Source of the DNA: an uncultured SAR86 cluster bacterium
GTDB lineage: Bacteria > Pseudomonadota > Gammaproteobacteria > Magnimaribacterales > D2472
Direction: 5' to 3'
DNA: 58,897 nucleotides
Assembly: GCA_902617955.1 (NCBI GenBank)
Contig: CACMYW010000002.1
Coordinates: 1-58,897, forward strand
A program made the translations under genes and the position numbers. This document shows, piece by piece, positions 57,703-58,897 of this stretch (position 1 is the first letter of the stretch; the number at the start of each line of letters is the position of its first letter). The notes under the pieces were generated by a model. The model ran no database searches and was not told the origin of the DNA. It saw only the letters and a program-made list of their open reading frames with translations.

Positions 57703-58875
57703 TCACATCTGCTCATAGCTTTTAAGTACATTGAAGATTATCTTTGACTCTTCTTTAACTTTCTTGCTTGTTTTAGTGGGATGGACAAGTAGCATAATTG
57801 AGTTTTCTTGAAGGAAGATGGAGTTTTTGGTTGATAGCTTTTTTGTAGAATATTTTAAAAACCCTCTCTCAGAATCAATAGCACCTGTCGCTCCAAAAGA
57901 AGCATCTACTCCTTTAGATTGAAGAGCTTCAATAATACATTTTCTTGAAGCACCTTTTTTAAGATAATCACTATTTAATGTTAAATACAACTTGTAAAAG
58001 GCATGAGAGTAATTTTTCTTTACTTTTGGGCATCTTACTATTTTTAAATTTTTTAAAGCATCAATAATAATTTTTGCATTTCTGTTCCTAATCTTATGCC
58101 ATCGATCTAATTTCTCGAGCTGTATTAATCCTATTGCTGACTGTGCTTCAGTGATTCTATAGTTAAGACCTAAACTGTCATGAACGTTTGGAAATGAATA
58201 AACTTTTTTTGACTGAACCTTATTAATCTTTTGAAAATTCTTACCGTGATTGTTAAATGATTCTATGATCTTATAAAGTTTCATAGAGTTTGTTGTTACC
58301 ATGCCGCCCTCGCCGCCAGTTGACATTATCTTATCGTTACAAAAAGACCATGCATTTATATCTCCAAAAGATCCCACGCTTCTGTCTTTAATTCGAGCAC
58401 CATGAGCTTGTGCGCAATCCTCAATGATGCAAAGATTATTTTTTTTTGCAAAACTGCATATTTCATGCATATCGCATGGGTAGCCTGCAAAGTGAACACA
58501 TATAATTGCTTTAGTTTTTTTTGTAATAGCTGGCTTTATTGTTCTTAAAGAAATATTTTGACTATCAAGCTCTGTGTCGACAAATACTGGTACTGCTCCA
58601 AGAATTGATATGCAGGATGCTGAGGCAATGAATGATCTGCTAGTTACAATAATCTCATCGCCTTTTTTTACATCAATTGCTCGTAGACAAAGATCAAGAG
58701 CCAGAGTGCCATTGGCTACAGCCAGAGCTTTCTTCACACCTATATATTTAGCAAACTCTTTTTCAAACAACTTTCCGTTATTGCCAAAAACGTAATTTAC
58801 ATTTCCTGAAGCATAAACAGAGTTAACAGCTTGAAGTTCTTTTTTGGAGTAATAAGGCCAACTATAATTTGACAT
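57703..58875 (-). CDS. DegT/DnrJ/EryC1/StrS family PLP-dependent sugar aminotransferase
   Basis: NGTLALDL, the DCAQAHGA block and a following FCNDKIMSTGGEGG (PLP lysine region). 390 aa. Confidence 0.9.
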   Translation of the reverse strand: MSNYSWPYYSKKELQAVNSVYASGNVNYVFGNNGKLFEKEFAKYIGVKKALAVANGTLALDLCLRAIDVKKGDEIIVTSRSFIASASCISILGAVPVFVDTELDSQNISLRTIKPAITKKTKAIICVHFAGYPCDMHEICSFAKKNNLCIIEDCAQAHGARIKDRSVGSFGDINAWSFCNDKIMSTGGEGGMVTTNSMKLYKIIESFNNHGKNFQKINKVQSKKVYSFPNVHDSLGLNYRITEAQSAIGLIQLEKLDRWHKIRNRNAKIIIDALKNLKIVRCPKVKKNYSHAFYKLYLTLNSDYLKKGASRKCIIEALQSKGVDASFGATGAIDSERGFLKYSTKKLSTKNSIFLQENSIMLLVHPTKTSKKVKEESKIIFNVLKSYEQM

Positions 58876-58897
58876 TGTGAAAGTATTTTAAACTAAT

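Noticed and set aside
1-58897. About 50 short ORFs (60-122 aa) in the supplied track lie antisense to, or out of frame within, long well-supported genes. Examples are 1227..1454, 8244..8519, 28861..29199, 33806..34153, 45599..45856, 45902..46270 and 53662..53949.
   Set aside because: Each is fully nested in a longer CDS with clear family motifs. Their translations are low-complexity and Ser/Leu/Ile-rich with no motifs. These are typical shadow ORFs of AT-rich DNA.
1-58897. Searched for CRISPR arrays, IS elements, integrases/transposases, toxin-antitoxin pairs and known defence-system architectures.
   Set aside because: No regularly spaced repeats and no recombinase, nuclease, ATPase or TA-like ORFs were seen. 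Every ORF longer than 100 aa has a metabolic, glycan or transport assignment or is a small hypothetical inside the glycan island.

Overview
AT-rich, very gene-dense window with many 1-15 nt gene overlaps. It looks like a streamlined marine proteobacterium. A SAR86-like gammaproteobacterium is only a guess, based on the TonB-dependent receptor and the guaB/guaA, tadA and xthA context. Layout: (i) 1-6.2 kb is housekeeping: two tandem acyl-CoA dehydrogenases, a DsbA-like isomerase, prc, xthA and tadA. (ii) 6.3-40.3 kb is a ~34-kb surface-glycan island between tadA and guaA. It holds glycosyltransferases, a near-complete GDP-type legionaminic-acid-like nonulosonic acid (NulO) pathway and a WbpG/HisH/HisF-type acetamidino module. 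It also holds a UDP-sugar dehydrogenase/epimerase pair, an ABC exporter, a tRNA-Leu(UAA) and many tailoring enzymes: carbamoyl-, acetyl-, formyl- and methyl-transferases, a deacetylase and a 2OG oxygenase. (iii) 40.3-55.8 kb is purine and central metabolism: guaA, a phosphoribosyltransferase, a TonB receptor, a purine permease, guaB, fumC, an aldehyde dehydrogenase and a photolyase, among others. (iv) 55.8-58.9 kb starts a second glycan locus with a PglF/WbpM-like dehydratase and a DegT aminotransferase. No CRISPR array, IS element, integrase or recognisable defence system was seen. The most interesting observations read directly from the DNA are these. (a) Two extra degenerate copies of the guaA 3' terminus (..T-V/M-E-W-E-stop) sit in consecutive spacers, and each brackets a single-gene cassette. 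(b) Nested short direct repeats surround the formyltransferase cassette. (c) A decay scar carries an N-terminal acyltransferase fragment and a C-terminal FkbM methyltransferase fragment. (d) An SxtJ-like / 49-aa DUF5989-like / carbamoyltransferase / SGNH-like operon has a small ORF that is missing from the ORF track. (e) A KpsS/LpsZ-like protein is translationally coupled to the CMP-NulO genes and is a candidate NulO transferase. (f) guaB and guaA are split by a purine permease, a TonB-dependent receptor and a PRTase. All functional calls rest on motif recognition by eye; no database search was possible.
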